Shown: piece after piece, positions 36,039-50,755 of the stretch
How the letters are laid out: the number at the start of each line of letters is the position of its first letter
Numbering within the stretch: position 1 is the first letter of the stretch
DNA from: Adineta vaga
Lineage: Eukaryota; Animalia; Rotifera
NCBI GenBank assembly: GCA_021613535.1
Contig: CP075493.1
Location: 744,001-808,000, forward strand
DNA: 64,000 nucleotides
Direction of reading: 5' to 3'
Position numbers and translations under genes: made by a program
The notes under the pieces: generated by a model
Databases searched by the model: none
Seen by the model: only the letters and a program-made list of their open reading frames with translations
What the model was told of the DNA's origin: nothing

Positions 36039-37835
36039 ATTTAAAGAAATAATTTTCTAAAATAAGCAGTAGTATCCAACTTAAAACTTACACTCTCTAA
36101 TTTTTTTTCTCTAATATAATTATTTCTATTACCCAATCATGATAATAGGATTTATATGTGAACAGATACATTTTTAAGAAAAGATAAAATAAATCAATTT
36201 CTCATTTTGTCATTCACATCGACAACGACACCTTTAAGATTCTGTTTTCAGAAAAAACACTCATCTTGTCAATGATTTTACTTACTTGAAGAATTGACTT
36301 TCTCTACTTGTTTTAGCGATGTAATATAATATAATATATTACGGAAAAGAGAAAAGAGATTTGAAGAAAAAAAAGAGAACGCATTCATTCAAGAAAAACT
36401 AGAAACTTTTGTTTATGAAAGAAAAGAAAATCCAGTATGATAAGTGTTATACTCTCACTTGAATCTATTGAAAAATTAAAGTGCATTTCATTCACTCGTG
36501 ACCTCTACTTCGCAACAGAGAAAATAAAACGAAATAAATCTGTTGTTGGTTACATCACAATATCAAATTTTTGAATAATTTGACGACATAATTTTCTAAC
36601 AAAGAAAAACGATCGATCAATTCAATAACGGAACAACTTATTAGACGTTTCTACTTCGATAACAACGATTATAATGTTGACGATTCTCACAAATTTCTAA
36701 TTGCACAATTCAGCTTAAAACGGATGATCATCTAAGGAAATTGCATTCAAACGGAAAATAAAGTCTCTCTTATAATAAATAAATGCGAAATCTATCAATA
36801 CATCAATGTATTCCTTGATTTTTCCTATTCCATAATAAAATGAATAATGACGACGAGAAGAAAAAAAAATATTTTATTGAATGAATAACTAGTGAATATT
36901 CACATGGGTAACTTGTTTTTTCAAGCATAGATTTTTCTTTCTTCTATCTTCGTTGTTAAGTAAACATGTTTTATTTTTCAGTTTAGAACTCATTTGTAGA
37001 AACACTCCAACAGATAGTCGGGAAATATATCAAATTATCTGATTATTTATTGAAATTACATGAAAAGTCAAACAAGGTCTTTAATCATCGTTTGTTTTTG
37101 TAAAATAAAGAAAGAAAAAAACATTTAGAAAGTAATTTTCAAATGAAGATGGAATTTCAATTAACAATAAACTTTGTTTCTATTATAAAATAATCATAAG
37201 AAAAAAGACTATTAATATAATCATTTGATTTCTGTTATTATAATCTTCAAATACAAATAAATCTTCATTAAAATGTGAGATACATGTTCTATTAAGCAAA
37301 ATGAAAATCGTCACTTATATGAACAAAACTTGATTAAAAATATTTCTGTATTTTAAATACAATACGCGGTCATAGAATTGACAACACGTCTTATGTAAGA
37401 AAAAAACCTGACAAAATGTTGATGTACTTCGAAGTTAATATGAAAAATAACTCCCTGATGTTTTTCAACTTATCTTAACAACAACATCATCACGAAGGTA
37501 GGTTGACAAAGTGATGCATGACACTAGTTGTTTTGAATGTTTGTTTTTTTGCTAAAAAGAAAAGTACAGATGAAAGTATTGAGAAATATGATGTAAAGCA
37601 AAAAGCATTTTTTCTTCTTCAAATAATTCAGGTAGATGTAGGCATGGAAAGCACAACATGTACTTTCTTTGTTTTTTCTTCTCCTATTTTTTTTTATTAT
37701 TTTAACTTTCAATTGTTTTTGTTTTATTTTGATCATGTTTTTTCACCTACACACCCAATCTATATACTTATCCCTCTATAAAAGAATCGATCGTACATTC
37801 AGAAAATTACAACAAAACGAAAATCATCACTGAAA

Positions 37836-39134
37836 ATGGCTTGTAAACAATTCTATTTAATTTGTTTGATCATTTTTCATGTTTATTTATTCTCAAATGT
37901 TCAATCAGCAGCATCAAATTCGTTATCCGATTGTCAAAATGCAGTATCATCATTTCGTACAACAATAAATTATACTGCAACAAATATTACTGGAACAACA
38001 GGAATCAATGTAACATGTTCAGCATCTGGTGTTGTTTGTCCTGGTACAACTATCAATGGTGTTTGTGTTTGGCAACGAAAATTAAGTGTTGTTTGCCGAA
38101 ATGCAAGTGGTACAATTAAAATTCGTATTCAAACAAATGGTTTACCACCACGTTGTGCAAGTGTTCCAATGGGAAGTTTTCTTGAATTAAATGTTGATTT
38201 TGAAGTTAATTATAATCCTTCTGTTAGTATTAATTCATTAAATCAAAATTTTTCAAGTATTTCAACACTTTCACAAACAATTTGTACATTAACAAGTATA
38301 TCAACAGTTCCAACAGCTTCTGGTTTTGTTAATTACGGTTCAACATCTTTGAATACAGCAACAGGTGTTTCAGTTGATGGTGTGATGATTTTTAGTCCAG
38401 ATTCAGCAGATAATATTGATCCATTTTATCCACCAACAGGTGGAACTGCTGAATCAGTTGATAGTTGTCTTGCTCATTGTCAAGCAACTGGTATTTATCA
38501 TTATCATGTTGCAACAGGTTGTCAAGTTAATCCACCAACTGGAAATATAACATCATGTGCTGCAAATAGTGCTTGTAGTGCAAGTGTTGCGAATTATCTT
38601 GTTTCGTCATTTTCATCTTATCAAACACAAACTATTATTGGAATTGCAAAAGATGGACATTTAATTTATGGACCTTATTTATCTTCAGGTACACGTGTTA
38701 CATCAGGTTTTGATGCGTGTAATGGAATGTTTTATGATTCAAATGGAAATTATGCGTATTTTGCAACATCAACATATCCATATCTTGTAGGGTGTTTTGG
38801 TCCTGCTAATTATCCATCATTTGGTCCAAATTGTACAACAAATGGTCCAACCAATTATACAATGTCATCATATGCGATTGCATTAACTAATAGTTCAACT
38901 AATTCGACAACTACTTCGACTACTACTTCGACTACTACTTCGACTACTACTTCCACAACTACCTCGACAACCACTTCCACCACTACTTCAAAAACAACTA
39001 CAACAACAACGTCGGCATCAGCATCAGCAACAAGTTCAACCGCGAATAATATGCGTTCAATGAGTGTTCAATTACATATCAATTTTGGTTTTCTTCTTCT
39101 TCTTCTTTTATTTATTATCGTTGCAATGATTTGA
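37836..39134 (+). CDS. Secreted/GPI-type YHYH-domain protein, intronless
   Basis: Signal peptide, GVSVDGVMIF, DSCLAH, GIYHYH, IGIAKDGHLIYGP, DACNG and YPYLVGCF motifs, then a Thr-rich stalk and hydrophobic C-terminus. Confidence 0.85.
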   Translation: MACKQFYLICLIIFHVYLFSNVQSAASNSLSDCQNAVSSFRTTINYTATNITGTTGINVTCSASGVVCPGTTINGVCVWQRKLSVVCRNASGTIKIRIQTNGLPPRCASVPMGSFLELNVDFEVNYNPSVSINSLNQNFSSISTLSQTICTLTSISTVPTASGFVNYGSTSLNTATGVSVDGVMIFSPDSADNIDPFYPPTGGTAESVDSCLAHCQATGIYHYHVATGCQVNPPTGNITSCAANSACSASVANYLVSSFSSYQTQTIIGIAKDGHLIYGPYLSSGTRVTSGFDACNGMFYDSNGNYAYFATSTYPYLVGCFGPANYPSFGPNCTTNGPTNYTMSSYAIALTNSSTNSTTTSTTTSTTTSTTTSTTTSTTTSTTTSKTTTTTTSASASATSSTANNMRSMSVQLHINFGFLLLLLLFIIVAMI

Positions 39135-39747
39135 ACAAACATTTTTAATCTTTTCTGCTTCTACTAACAATACTTTATTATAATGAATTTAAATTGAAAA
39201 ATATTTGAATGAAACAAAGTTTTTATCTTCTCGAGTGAAAATAAATATGTAAACATCAAATATTCTTAGTTTTAATCTGACCTTCTTTATGATTGTGATT
39301 GTTGATTATATGCAAAACTAAATCCTTTCGGTACTAATTTTCTTATGAAAGTGAAGTAAATTGAAAAATATATGCATGGTATAGTATAGAGTTTGACGTA
39401 GATGAGATTATAAAGAGTCATACCTGACTCATTTCTATTCCTCCTTGTTTTGTTGAATAAATCGATAAGAAAAATATATTTGAAATATCTTTTATTGAAT
39501 ATTGAATAGATTTTATTCTCAACGAAAAGAATATTTGATTCACAGAGAAAGATATAGTGTAAGAAGATATGTCTTGAGAGAAAACAATGAAAAATAAATC
39601 TTTATTAGAATAAATGCAAAAAATTCATCACGATCTGACTATTCTTTCGACAATTATCGTGTAGACGATGGCATACACTAAAAATATCACAAAATAGAAA
39701 TACACAATGAACAAGATCGAAGTCAATATAGAAACTTTCTATATTAA

Positions 39748-40350
39748 CCCTTTGAGTCCCGATGGTATATATATGTACCACCTCGAGACTTTAAAATTTT
39801 CGCAGTTTTGAGAATGTTGAAGAGATATTTTCTACATATGTTGGAAGCTGATAGAGATCTATACAAGATCACACAAAATATGGATTGTATGAAAAAAAAC
39901 ATGAAAGCGTATACTGTCCCTGTTTGTTGACCTCCCTCCCACAAAAAAGTCAATTTTCGTCAGAAATGAAAAAAACTGTAAAAATTACGCAGGAAGATAG
40001 TCCGTATTCAGTTCTTTCACAAACAATATAGTTTTTATCTAAAACTTTTCTTTTTAGCACAAAATTTTGGCGATCTTTGGAATCCACTTTCCGAAAAATA
40101 CGTTTTTTTCCCTGGAAAAGAGAGTAAGGATTCCGAAGGAAGTGCTCTGTGGCGCCCTCTACCGTGACATGACGTTTTGCTAGAAACAAACGGGACAACG
40201 TAGCAAAAATTAGGATGAGATATTCTGAATTTAAATTGAGTCATTTTTCGCTTTTACTTTTTATTTATCTCGATGGTGTGTTATAATATAGGGCTAACCC
40301 CGAAAATTACACAAGCTTCGACTCAACAAAAAAAAGTGGATCTCAAAGAG
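39748..40350. mobile_element. Degenerate piggyBac-like non-autonomous element
   Basis: Left end TTAA|CCCTTTGAGTCCC. Right end GGATCTCAAAGAG|TTGA matches the expected GGGACTCAAAGGG|TTAA at 10/13 positions. Confidence 0.5.
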
Positions 40351-40408
40351 TTGATCTTGATCACAATGAAGATAAAATATGAGATCATAGAAAGAAAGAA
40401 TATACAAA

Positions 40409-40687
40409 TCTATATATATAAAGAAGAAAGTTTGTTTGTTTGTCTGTTCGCTATGCATTTGAAGACCGGTACAAGCAAATGCAATGAAACTTTCCACAAA
40501 TGTTCTCTACACCCAGGGGCAGGTCGACGTCTACTTTTTTCCGAAAAAAAATGAATTCTGCACTTCCCGGAAGCAATCTGTGAAACTGACCAATAGGATT
40601 GCAGCATTTAAAAAAGTTAAAAATCTACGATAATTTACACGTTGATCCATATCAAACTATCTTGATTTGTAGCGTAAACGTCCGCTA
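40409..40687 (+). mobile_element. Short Helitron-like element, same 5' end, different interior
   Basis: A|TCTATATATATAAAGAAGAAAGTTTGTTTGTTTGTCTGTTCGCTATGCAT. It ends ...TCCGCTA immediately before the next copy. Confidence 0.6.
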
Positions 40688-40710
40688 TCTTCTATCTATC
40701 TATATATATA

Positions 40711-41877
40711 TCTATATATATAAGGAAACAAGTTTGTCTGTCTGCTCGCTATGCATTCTGTTCCTGCCATAGCTACGGTACCAAACTTTCCATGGTACTT
40801 TCCTAGGTACAGAAAAAGGTCATAAAGGGGTAGGCATGAGAGGCGTGGGTGAAATTTCACCCAAGTTTGAAAGACTCATTCTCACCCATTTTTTCGCAGA
40901 TTCAGAGAAACTATCTACAATTTTTGAGCATTTGTCTGATGCTATGTTTTCACGTTGAGTTTGAGTAGACATGCATCAGATTCGAACCTTTTGGTTTGGG
41001 AAATTTGGATGTTGAGTTTAGACATGAGTTTGAGATTTACTATTTTTGTGTGAATTAGGACTCGAAGCCTGTGATATCTACCTTACAATCAAAATTCAAA
41101 CTCTAATCCGTACATAACATCCCAAATTAAAAAAAATTGGTGATTTGGATCTGGTGTATTTATAATCTCAATATGTAACACAATCTCTTGAACGGCTTCG
41201 ATTCCGCAAATGTATAAAGGTGAGTGTGGGCTTTAGAGGTGCTGATGAGAAAAAAAGAAGACATGTATAAGCCACGATTTTCGCTGAACATTCACAATGG
41301 AGCGTGAATCTTGAGGATGTAAACTGGAGTGAGTAGCTACAATCGCGGACTTGATTTCTCAAAATAGAGACAGAATTTTAGTGAAGTGGCCTTGACAGTA
41401 TGGAAGTAGGATCTGTAAAATGACCAGGAAAGTAGAGTCAGAACTGATGTCTGTTGCCGAACTGTGATAGATTTCAGTGGTTGCAAAGAGTTGTACAAGA
41501 GTATGCTGTTTACGACGTAGCTAGCAAATTTATGCATAGGGGACCCTCAACAGGTGTATTAAGAAACAGAAAAATACGTAGATATTGAGCAAACATAGGG
41601 TATTAACATTTCTGAGTGGACGCTGCTGTACGATGTGAAGATTTTCGGAGTTGAAGAAGGATTCTTAAGGTAAAGACGGAGGTAAATGGATTACAGCGAT
41701 ACACACATGAATTTAAAGTTGGAATGAGATTTTCAAATAGGCATAGGCTTTAGAGAACTGTATCGCTGGCCAATGTGACACTTTCAATCTCATTCCTGTC
41801 TATATCTTCTATCGTTTTCTATTATCTAATGTTCTTAATGTCGATTTTTCTTAATCACCATCGGGTACCTCCGCTAG
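40711..41877 (+). mobile_element. Non-autonomous Helitron-like element, longer variant
   Basis: 5' TCTATATATATAAGGAAACAAGTTTGTCTGTCTGCTCGCTATGCATTC and 3' CGGGTACCTCCGCTAG|T. Confidence 0.7.
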
Positions 41878-42396
41878 TGTCATTATATTTTTTGTAAATA
41901 TTATTTCTTTAGATACACACATCGTTTGTTAATATGGTAATTGAAAATATCGAATGAATATTTTTGATTTATTGCCAACGTTTAATTATAGGTAAAATAT
42001 TTGTTAGATAAAAGAACGGAAAAAAGAAAAAGGATTGAGTTTTACGTTTGTTTATTTTCCGTTATATCATAATAAATGACCTTCTTGTCTTTTCATTCGA
42101 TATAGTACCTAAAATAGCGGACGCACTTTTATAATTTTTATCATAAAAACATTATTATCAATGATTGCAATTAACATTTTTTTCCAATACTTTCTCTCAA
42201 ACGACGAAAAAAAATGAAATATGGTCCATTGATTAATATAGATATATAATATAAATCAACATTACTTTTTTTTTCTTCCAATATTTTTCTATATTATTTA
42301 TTGGTTAAAAAGAAATATATGAATACAATTTATTTTGTTTTAATTATATATATTCTGTGGAAAGAATAGATTAATTTAATAAAGAATTAATTCAAT

Positions 42397-45300
42397 ATGG
42401 AACAACATGTTCAATCAAATGAATTTTTCGATATTAAACAACAAATTCCTCAAATAGAAACTATAGAAAATAATCAAAATAATTTGACTGAAATATCAAC
42501 ATTACCATCGGATTTGTATGTTTTGTTTGTTGTTGTTTACAAATTTTAAAAATGATTTTATTTTACTTTTAGAAAATGTTTTACTTTTTTAATATCAAGT
42601 TCAATCATTCATATTTTAACATTTTCATTTTTATTATGTATTATGATGATCAGTGGAATTATTATTGTTTATTTCAATGTTCCAAAACCAAAAGGTTTGT
42701 TTGTTTTGTTTTGTTTTTTATTATAGAAAATGTTTATATTAAACTAATAAAATACTTTTAATTTATTTTAGAATTGACATGTCAAATAAATTTTATAAAA
42801 ATCCCTAAAAATCCAATTGAATATGAATATGGTCCACGATCTATTGCTGTTGGTGATTTTAATGTTGATAGTTGGATTGATATGGTTGTTTGTAATTCAA
42901 TTATTAATAATATCGCGATTTATTTTGGATCAATCGATGGTATTTTTACTAAAGAATATCAATATTCAACAGGAATTAATTCAAAACCAATTATGGTTGC
43001 TGTAAATCATCTAAATAATGATTCTTATTTGGATATTGTAGTAGCAAATTATGGAACACATTCAATTGGAATATTTTATGGATTTGGTAATGGATCTTTT
43101 AAAGATCAAATTAAAATTTCAACAGGAATATCTCATCCATTAACAATTAATTTAATTGATTTAAATAATGATACATTCATTGATATTATTATTATTAATT
43201 ATGGTACAAATAGTTTTACGATTTATTATGGAAGTGAAAATGAATTTTATTCAAAATCGATGACTTATTCAACTGGTTATGATTCTTATCCATATTCATT
43301 AACAATTGCTGATTTAAATAATGATTATCAATTAGATATTATTATTGCAAATTATGGAACAAATAATATTGGAATTTTCTTTGCTAATCAAAAAAATAAT
43401 TCATTTGAAAATCAAATACTTATTTCAACTGGAATTAATTCTCATCCAACTTCTGTTGCTATTGGAGATTTAAATTCTGATCAATTTATTGATATTGTTG
43501 TTACAAATTATGGTACAAATATGATTTGTATAATGTTAAATGATGGAAATGGAATATTTTCAAAACAAACATTCTTTTCAATTGATTCAGCTTCACCATA
43601 TTCAATTGGTATTAATGATTTTAATGGAGATAATCGATTAGATTTATTTATTATTAATATTGGAAAGAATAATATTGGTTTATTTCTTGGTTATGGTAAT
43701 GGAAGTTTTCAAGAAGGAAGAATGAATTCAACGGGATCTTATTCAACAATTTCATTTGCTTTATATGATATTAATAAAGATAAAAGATTAGATACAATTA
43801 TTGTTAATAATGATACTGAAAGTATTCATATTCTTAAAGGTTATTTTGAAGGTTTTCCATATCGTACAACATATAATGTTCAATATCCAACAATCTTTAT
43901 AATTATTAATGATTTTAATAATGATACGATATTAGATATGATACTTATTAGTGAGATAAATGATACAATGATAATTTGTCTTGGAAATGGTGATGGATCA
44001 TTTGGAAGTCAAATAATATATTCAACTGGCTCTAATCCAACATCTACAGCTATTGGTGATTTTAATAATGACATGAAAATGGATGTCGTTATTACTAATA
44101 TGAATAGTGATAATATTTATGTATTTCATGGAAATGGTAATGGTTCATTTATATCTCAAAATACATATTCAACTGGTTCTAGTCCAATTTCTGTAGTTGT
44201 TGCTGATTTGAACAATGACAAACGATTAGATATCGTTGTTGCTAATTATGATCACAATACTGTGAGCATTTTTTTAGGATATGAAAATGGATCCTTTAGA
44301 AATCAAATGACATATTCAACGGGTGCTAATCCACGATCTGTTGCTATTGCTGATTTTAACGATGATCAATATCTTGATCTAGTTGTTACCAATTATAATA
44401 ATAGAACTATAAGTATTCTTCTTGGATTTGGTAATGGAAGTTTTGCAAATCATTTCACCTATCCAACTGGTTACCATCCGTACTTTGTAGTAGTTGATGA
44501 TTTTAATAATGATAATAAAATAGATATTGCTATTGCCAATTATGGTAGTAATACTGCAAGTGTTATGTTAGGATATGGTAATGGAAGTTTTTCAGAACAA
44601 ATTACACATGCAACGGGTGTTGCACCATCATCTATTAGTATTGCTGACATGAATAATGATACGCAATTAGATCTTGTTGTCGCTTGTGCTGGTTCGGTCA
44701 ATATATATATTTTATTTGGATATGGAAATGGTTCTTTTACTAATGCAATGTCATACTACATAAATATGAGGTCACATTCTCTTGCCATTGGTGATCTAAA
44801 TAATGATTCACGATTGGATATCATTGTAATACAAAATAGTAATATTCATGTAGGTATATTACTTCAATATAATAGAGGTGCTCTTATAAATGAATTGACT
44901 TATGCAGCTGGTGGAGGTTCTAAACTACGATCGATAATTGTCCATGATATAAATAATGATACTCACTTAGATGTAATTGTGGCGAATTATGGTACTGATG
45001 ATGTTGGCATTCTTTTAGGTTATGATAATGTTAATTTTATTGATCAAGTAATGATTAATATGGGTTCTGATTCTCAACCATCATCAATTACAGCTGGTCA
45101 TTTTAATGATGATATCTACTTGGATATTGCTGTAGCTCTTTCTGGCTCTAATCAAATTGGATTATTACTTGGAAATGGCCATGGATCATTTACTCGTCAA
45201 GCTACTTATCAAATTCCTTCCATATTTCCTCCTGTCATTGTCTCTGCTGGTAATTTTAATAATGATGAACAATCAGAAATTATCGTTGGATATGATGATA

Positions 45301-46973
45301 GTGATACTATTGATATCTATGTTATCTATAACACTGGATCTTTTACACTTCATGAAACATATTCAGTTGGTTTACATCCAAGATATTTATGCTTAGATTA
45401 TATTAATAACGATACTTACATTGATATTGTTGTTGTCAATATTGATTCCGATGATATAAATATTCTTCTTGGATATGGTAATGGTAGTTTTGCACAACCA
45501 ATGACTTATGCAACTAGTGCTCGGCCAAATTCTGTTGCTACCAGTGATTTTAATAATGACAATCGAATTGATCTAGTTGTGACTAGTTCTGTTAATCATT
45601 ATGTAAATATATTTTTAGGATATGGAAATGGTAGTTTTGCGAATCCTATAACATATTCGATTGGTTCTGGCTCACGACACTTAGCTGTGGGTGATTTCAA
45701 CAATGATAGACGACTAGATCTAGTTATTATCACTGCGAAATATGATATCATTCTATGTCAAGGTATTAATAATGGTTCTTTTTCAAATGGAATTACAATT
45801 GCAACTACCGACGACCCACGATACGTGATTGCAGCTGATTTTAATAATGATAATCGATTAGATCTTGCTGTTGTTAATTATGGTCTTGATAATGTAGGCA
45901 TTTTTATTGGTTATGCTAATGGTTCTTTTGAAAAACAAGTCAAATATTTAGTTGACGTCAATCCATTTGCATTAGCAGTTGGAGATCTAAATCTTGATAA
46001 TCAGTTAGATATTGTTGTAACTTCAATAGGTTATAATAAAATAAATATTCTCCTTGGTTATGGTAATGGATCTTTTACAAGTAAAATACTATTTTCAGTT
46101 AGTATTCTTCCAGAATCTGTAACTATTGGTGATTTGAATAATGATGGTTATCCAGATATAATTGTTACCAATTTTGGTAGTAATTCTATTAGTGTTCTAT
46201 TAGGATATGGTAATGGATTATTTACAAATCAAATTATATATACAGTTGGTTCTGGTCCACAATTTGTCGTTACTATTGATTTGAATAATGATACTTATCT
46301 CGATATTATTATTGCGAATGGAGGTGATTGTACTTTAGTTGTTATGTTTGGTTGTTCAAATTTAATCTTTCGAAATCAAAATACACTTTCAACTGGTAAA
46401 AATTCACGATCACGATCATTTGTTATTAATGATTTCAATAATGATAATTATACAGATATTATCGTAGCTAATTCAGGTACTGATAACATTGGTATTTTTC
46501 TTGGATATGGAAATTTCTCTTTCACAAATCAAACAACATATTCAACTGGTAATAATTCTTCTCCATATTCTATTACAACTGGTGATTTAAATAATGATAA
46601 ACAATTAGATATTGTTACTGCAAATTCAAATTCAGATAACATTGGTATTTTTCTTGGTTATGGAAATGGTTCATTTACGAATCAAATAACATATTTCACG
46701 GGTTCATCTTCATATCCTTATTCTGTAGCTATTGGTCATTTTAATAATGATACAATACTTGATATCATTGTTGTTAATTATAATAATAATAAATTTGGAG
46801 TTCTTCTTGGATATGATGATGGAACATTTAATAATATAATTTTCTTTTCAATGCCATATGGATCGAATCCATTCTCTCTAATCCTTGCTGATTTTAGTAT
46901 GGATGGAAAAATGGATTTTGCAGTTGTAAATAATGGTACAGACAATTTAAATATTTACTTACGTACTTGTTAA
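42397..46973 (+). CDS. Type II membrane protein with a long FG-GAP/VCBS repeat array
   Basis: Two short 5' exons (42397-~42516; ~42573-42693 with a TM helix) and one 4.2-kb exon with >20 repeats of GDFNND..LDIVVANY...I.LGYGNGSF. Confidence 0.88.
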
Positions 46974-47463
46974 TATTCGTTTTCTAATTATTCTAATAAA
47001 TCTATCAATAATAAATCAATTTGTTATCAGTTTTAATTAACTGTATAAAGGTCTGGGTGTGAGTTTGAATTGTATTCTTTCTTACACTTATCCTTGTGTT
47101 GCATCATTCTATTCATCTCTATAACTGTAATAACTAAGTTTTATAGAAAGTTTCACTTTTTCTATGTTTACATTATTTTTCAGTTTAATCAGTAAAGTAC
47201 GAATACATTGTGAACAAACAATATGATTTCGTCTTTCCTGTATAAACACAATTCATCACTTTCATTTGATAAATTGTAACTATTTAAAACAATAATCTTC
47301 GTTATTTCTTTTACATTTATTTTTGTTTTCAATTTGAGAAAAAACTTGATAAAGAAATATAAATTGATTAGTTTCTTTTCTTCTTCTTCTTATGATTAAA
47401 TAATAAGTTTAACATTTCTGACATAAACACATCAAAACATTAAAAAACAAGAAAAAAGAAAGA

Positions 47464-48587
47464 ATGAAAATCTTTTATTAAACATTTCCATTTTCATCAA
47501 TGTTAATAATAGTTGTTGTTTTTCTTTTGTCAATATTTCTCGTTGGTAATTGTGTTCTTTTCAATAAAATTGATGATGCTCGATTGATAAGTATAATGTT
47601 TATCAAATATTATTCAATAAAATCAAGCAAGAATGTATTTGTGAAATGATCAATTCAAATAATTCTTTGTTAACATTGAATTATTTCATTACAAATCAAA
47701 CATGTCAATTATTTTCTTCGATTTTTTAAAATTACAATAGAAAGTTCTATGAGAAAAGAATGAAATTAATATTAAATGAAAACTTATTTATCTTTTGAAG
47801 AACAAATTCTGTTTAAAAGAAATTTAATAGTAATGAATACATTTTAATAGATTAACTTCAAACTATAAATTAGTTTTGATATTATCGAATTAGATTGAAT
47901 TGATATGAACATTTCTAAAAGTCAAACAAGAATTCTCTCGTATTACGATGAATACAAAAATATTTGAGGATAGAAAAATGCTTCTTTTTCAAATAGAGTT
48001 AATTAAAACATCAACTACATATAGTAAGTAAATATATTCATTGATTAGTATTTATCATCTTAAGATCATTGTTCTCAGTTATAAATTCGATCAAATATTC
48101 TTTAATAATGTAAAACATAAAAAATGTTTAGATTCTACAGCACGCAATATGACGTTTCTTAATCAAATAAATTATATAGTTGGTGTCAATCTAATTTCAA
48201 CTGCTATTGCTGATGTTAATAGTGATATCAAACCGGATTTTGTTACTGCGAATCGTAGTGCAAACACTGTAAGTGTACTTCTCAATATGGGTAGTGGCAC
48301 TTTTTCTAATCAAACTACTTATGCAGTTGGTTATACTCCATATTCAGTAGCAGTTGTAGATGTTAACACTGACTCGAAACCTGATATAATTGTTGCGAAT
48401 AGTGATGGAAAATACCGTCAATGTGCTTCTTAATACAGGTAGTGGCACTTTTTCTAGTCAAGTTAGTTATGCAATTGGTTCTGCTCCATATTCCGTATCA
48501 GTAGTTGATATTAATGTTGATTCTAAACCAGATATTGTTGTATCTAATTACAATTCGAATACTGTTGGAATTCTGCGACAAAATTAA
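47464..48587 (+). pseudogene. Decayed short FG-GAP-repeat gene
   Basis: Three repeats DVNSD.KPD.V.AN...V.VLLN.GSGTFS at 48130-48587, with a frameshift near 48410. Upstream signal-peptide/apple-like exons are disrupted. Confidence 0.6.
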
Positions 48588-50755
48588 TTATTTCTATATA
48601 AACTGAACATGACTTATTTGATTTTTCTGCTTATTTTTAAAATCTATAAACCATAGATTCTTTTATTCTTTCGCTTATCTATCTATTCGTATCGATGTTG
48701 TCTTGCTTACGTTTTGAAACTAATATAAAACAATAAATATTAATAAGCAAAAGGTTGTACGATTGAATAAACATGTAGCTCTTATAATTGTATTCTTATA
48801 CTCAGACATACACTCATATCATTGTATATATTTAGAATAAATGCGGAAACCTCGAATTTCAATCCGAAAGTTCTGTATACTGCTAAAAGTAAAGTGGACA
48901 GAAGTTTATTTTTGATAAAACTGTCTGAAAGAATCAACTGACAGTATTATTATACCGATAAGTGTGATATAAAAGAGACCTTAAATACACCATTCTCACA
49001 CTTATGACATACAATCATTCAGACCTATTCATGAACTCCATTTACTAAAAAAAAAACTTTAGTTCTGTAGTAAATAAACAAATATGATACAGGTAGAGTT
49101 CCTGTATATATGAGTTTTTTTATTGTTTCTAGAAACTGCCGCATCGAAGAAGTTTTTAATTCTATATACATATATTATTACACTCTAGTATCATTTTGTA
49201 AGTCACGAAATTCTCTATCGAATGGTTGAGAATAGCTTACAGTTCATAGGAATGATAATACACATTTTGATTTGCGAAAACTGAAATGTAACTATGAATT
49301 TTTTCTATTTACAGATCTTTGACGTTAAAGAAAGAGGTTGGATCATGATTCATGGTCTTTGTTCAATCGTTGGGTTGTCACATTATAATTTATTTTAAAA
49401 GCCTTTATTCTTCTCCATACTTCTGTTTTATATGTATCCTTTGTCCAAAAAAGACTTTCCAGTGAAATAACACTTTTTACTAAGCAACTACTCGATACAC
49501 AACATTTACTCAGTTTTCATTCTCAAACACGTCAAATAAAGTTGAAGATGACAAATGAAGGATACTCTAGATCAATACCAATCATCTTACATCGTTGTAT
49601 CTTAGTTTTAATTTGTTTTGACATGGATGAAGGTCTATTCAGATTCTTTTTCCATCTGCACTGTTTCTATTTCTAGTGATCTTTCTTCAGTAGACAAAAT
49701 ACGAGCTTATAAAGCAAGACTATCAATCGATGACGTTCTCTGTTAAGTCCTATAATAAATTTCTTTCTGTTCTATTTTACGCGCACATATTTTGAATCGA
49801 TACAAAGAACAGAAGAAAAACATAATAAATAATAACTCTCAACATTTTCATCTTGAATATTTTTATAAGATATCATTGATATCTACATTCGAAATTTTAT
49901 AGATCATTATAAAATATTGTGATAATGTTTATTCAATATGTCGATTATTTTTTCGATTAAATCAACATTTACATTTCTTTACTGATCTATTATATCTAAA
50001 TATTAATTCTGATTTATTTTATAAACTATGTCATCAATATTTATCTAGAAAAACGATAATAAATTAAAATGAATAATTTAAATATTATTCAATTAATTTA
50101 TAAAGAAAGTTAAAATATTCAATGTATTGTTTCATAGATTAAAGTTAAGTGAAGAAATTGTTAATAATATAATTAGTAATCGAAAAAAAAGTAATTATTC
50201 AAATTGATTATATTTCTAAAGAAATTAAACTAATCAATTGAATGTTTTTTCGTATTTATTCATCAACGAATTAAAATTTTTTTAAAAACAAAGGAATATC
50301 AGTTTCTCATTTAAACTTTTCAAGGTCATGAGTATTGACTTCAGAATTTGTCAAACTCTTCTTCCTACACACTATACATGTTATTATATAGAAGAAAAGT
50401 GGCACAATGTCCTCTCATTGATTCATGACTGTACAATTTGTACAAACACACTCACTATTAGGTCAATTTAGAATTTTTATTTTGAAAAAAATCAAATGAT
50501 TAACAATATGAGTGAGAATGTATATTCTATAAAGATTTACGTTAGATAACGTACGTATTACGAAAAAATAAAAATAAAAAATATACGTCATATGAAGAAA
50601 AGGATAAATTTGAGAAAATTACTAACGTAAACAAACCCGATAAATCGTTATGTTCTATATATAAAATCTTGTTTTGATGTTGTCTTTCGTATTATATGTA
50701 TTATAATACGTTACAGAAAAACAAAAAAACACGTTTATTTTTGAGTAAAAAGAAG

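Noticed and set aside
49830-50300. Possible relic of an F-box gene
   Set aside because: Too degraded to support.
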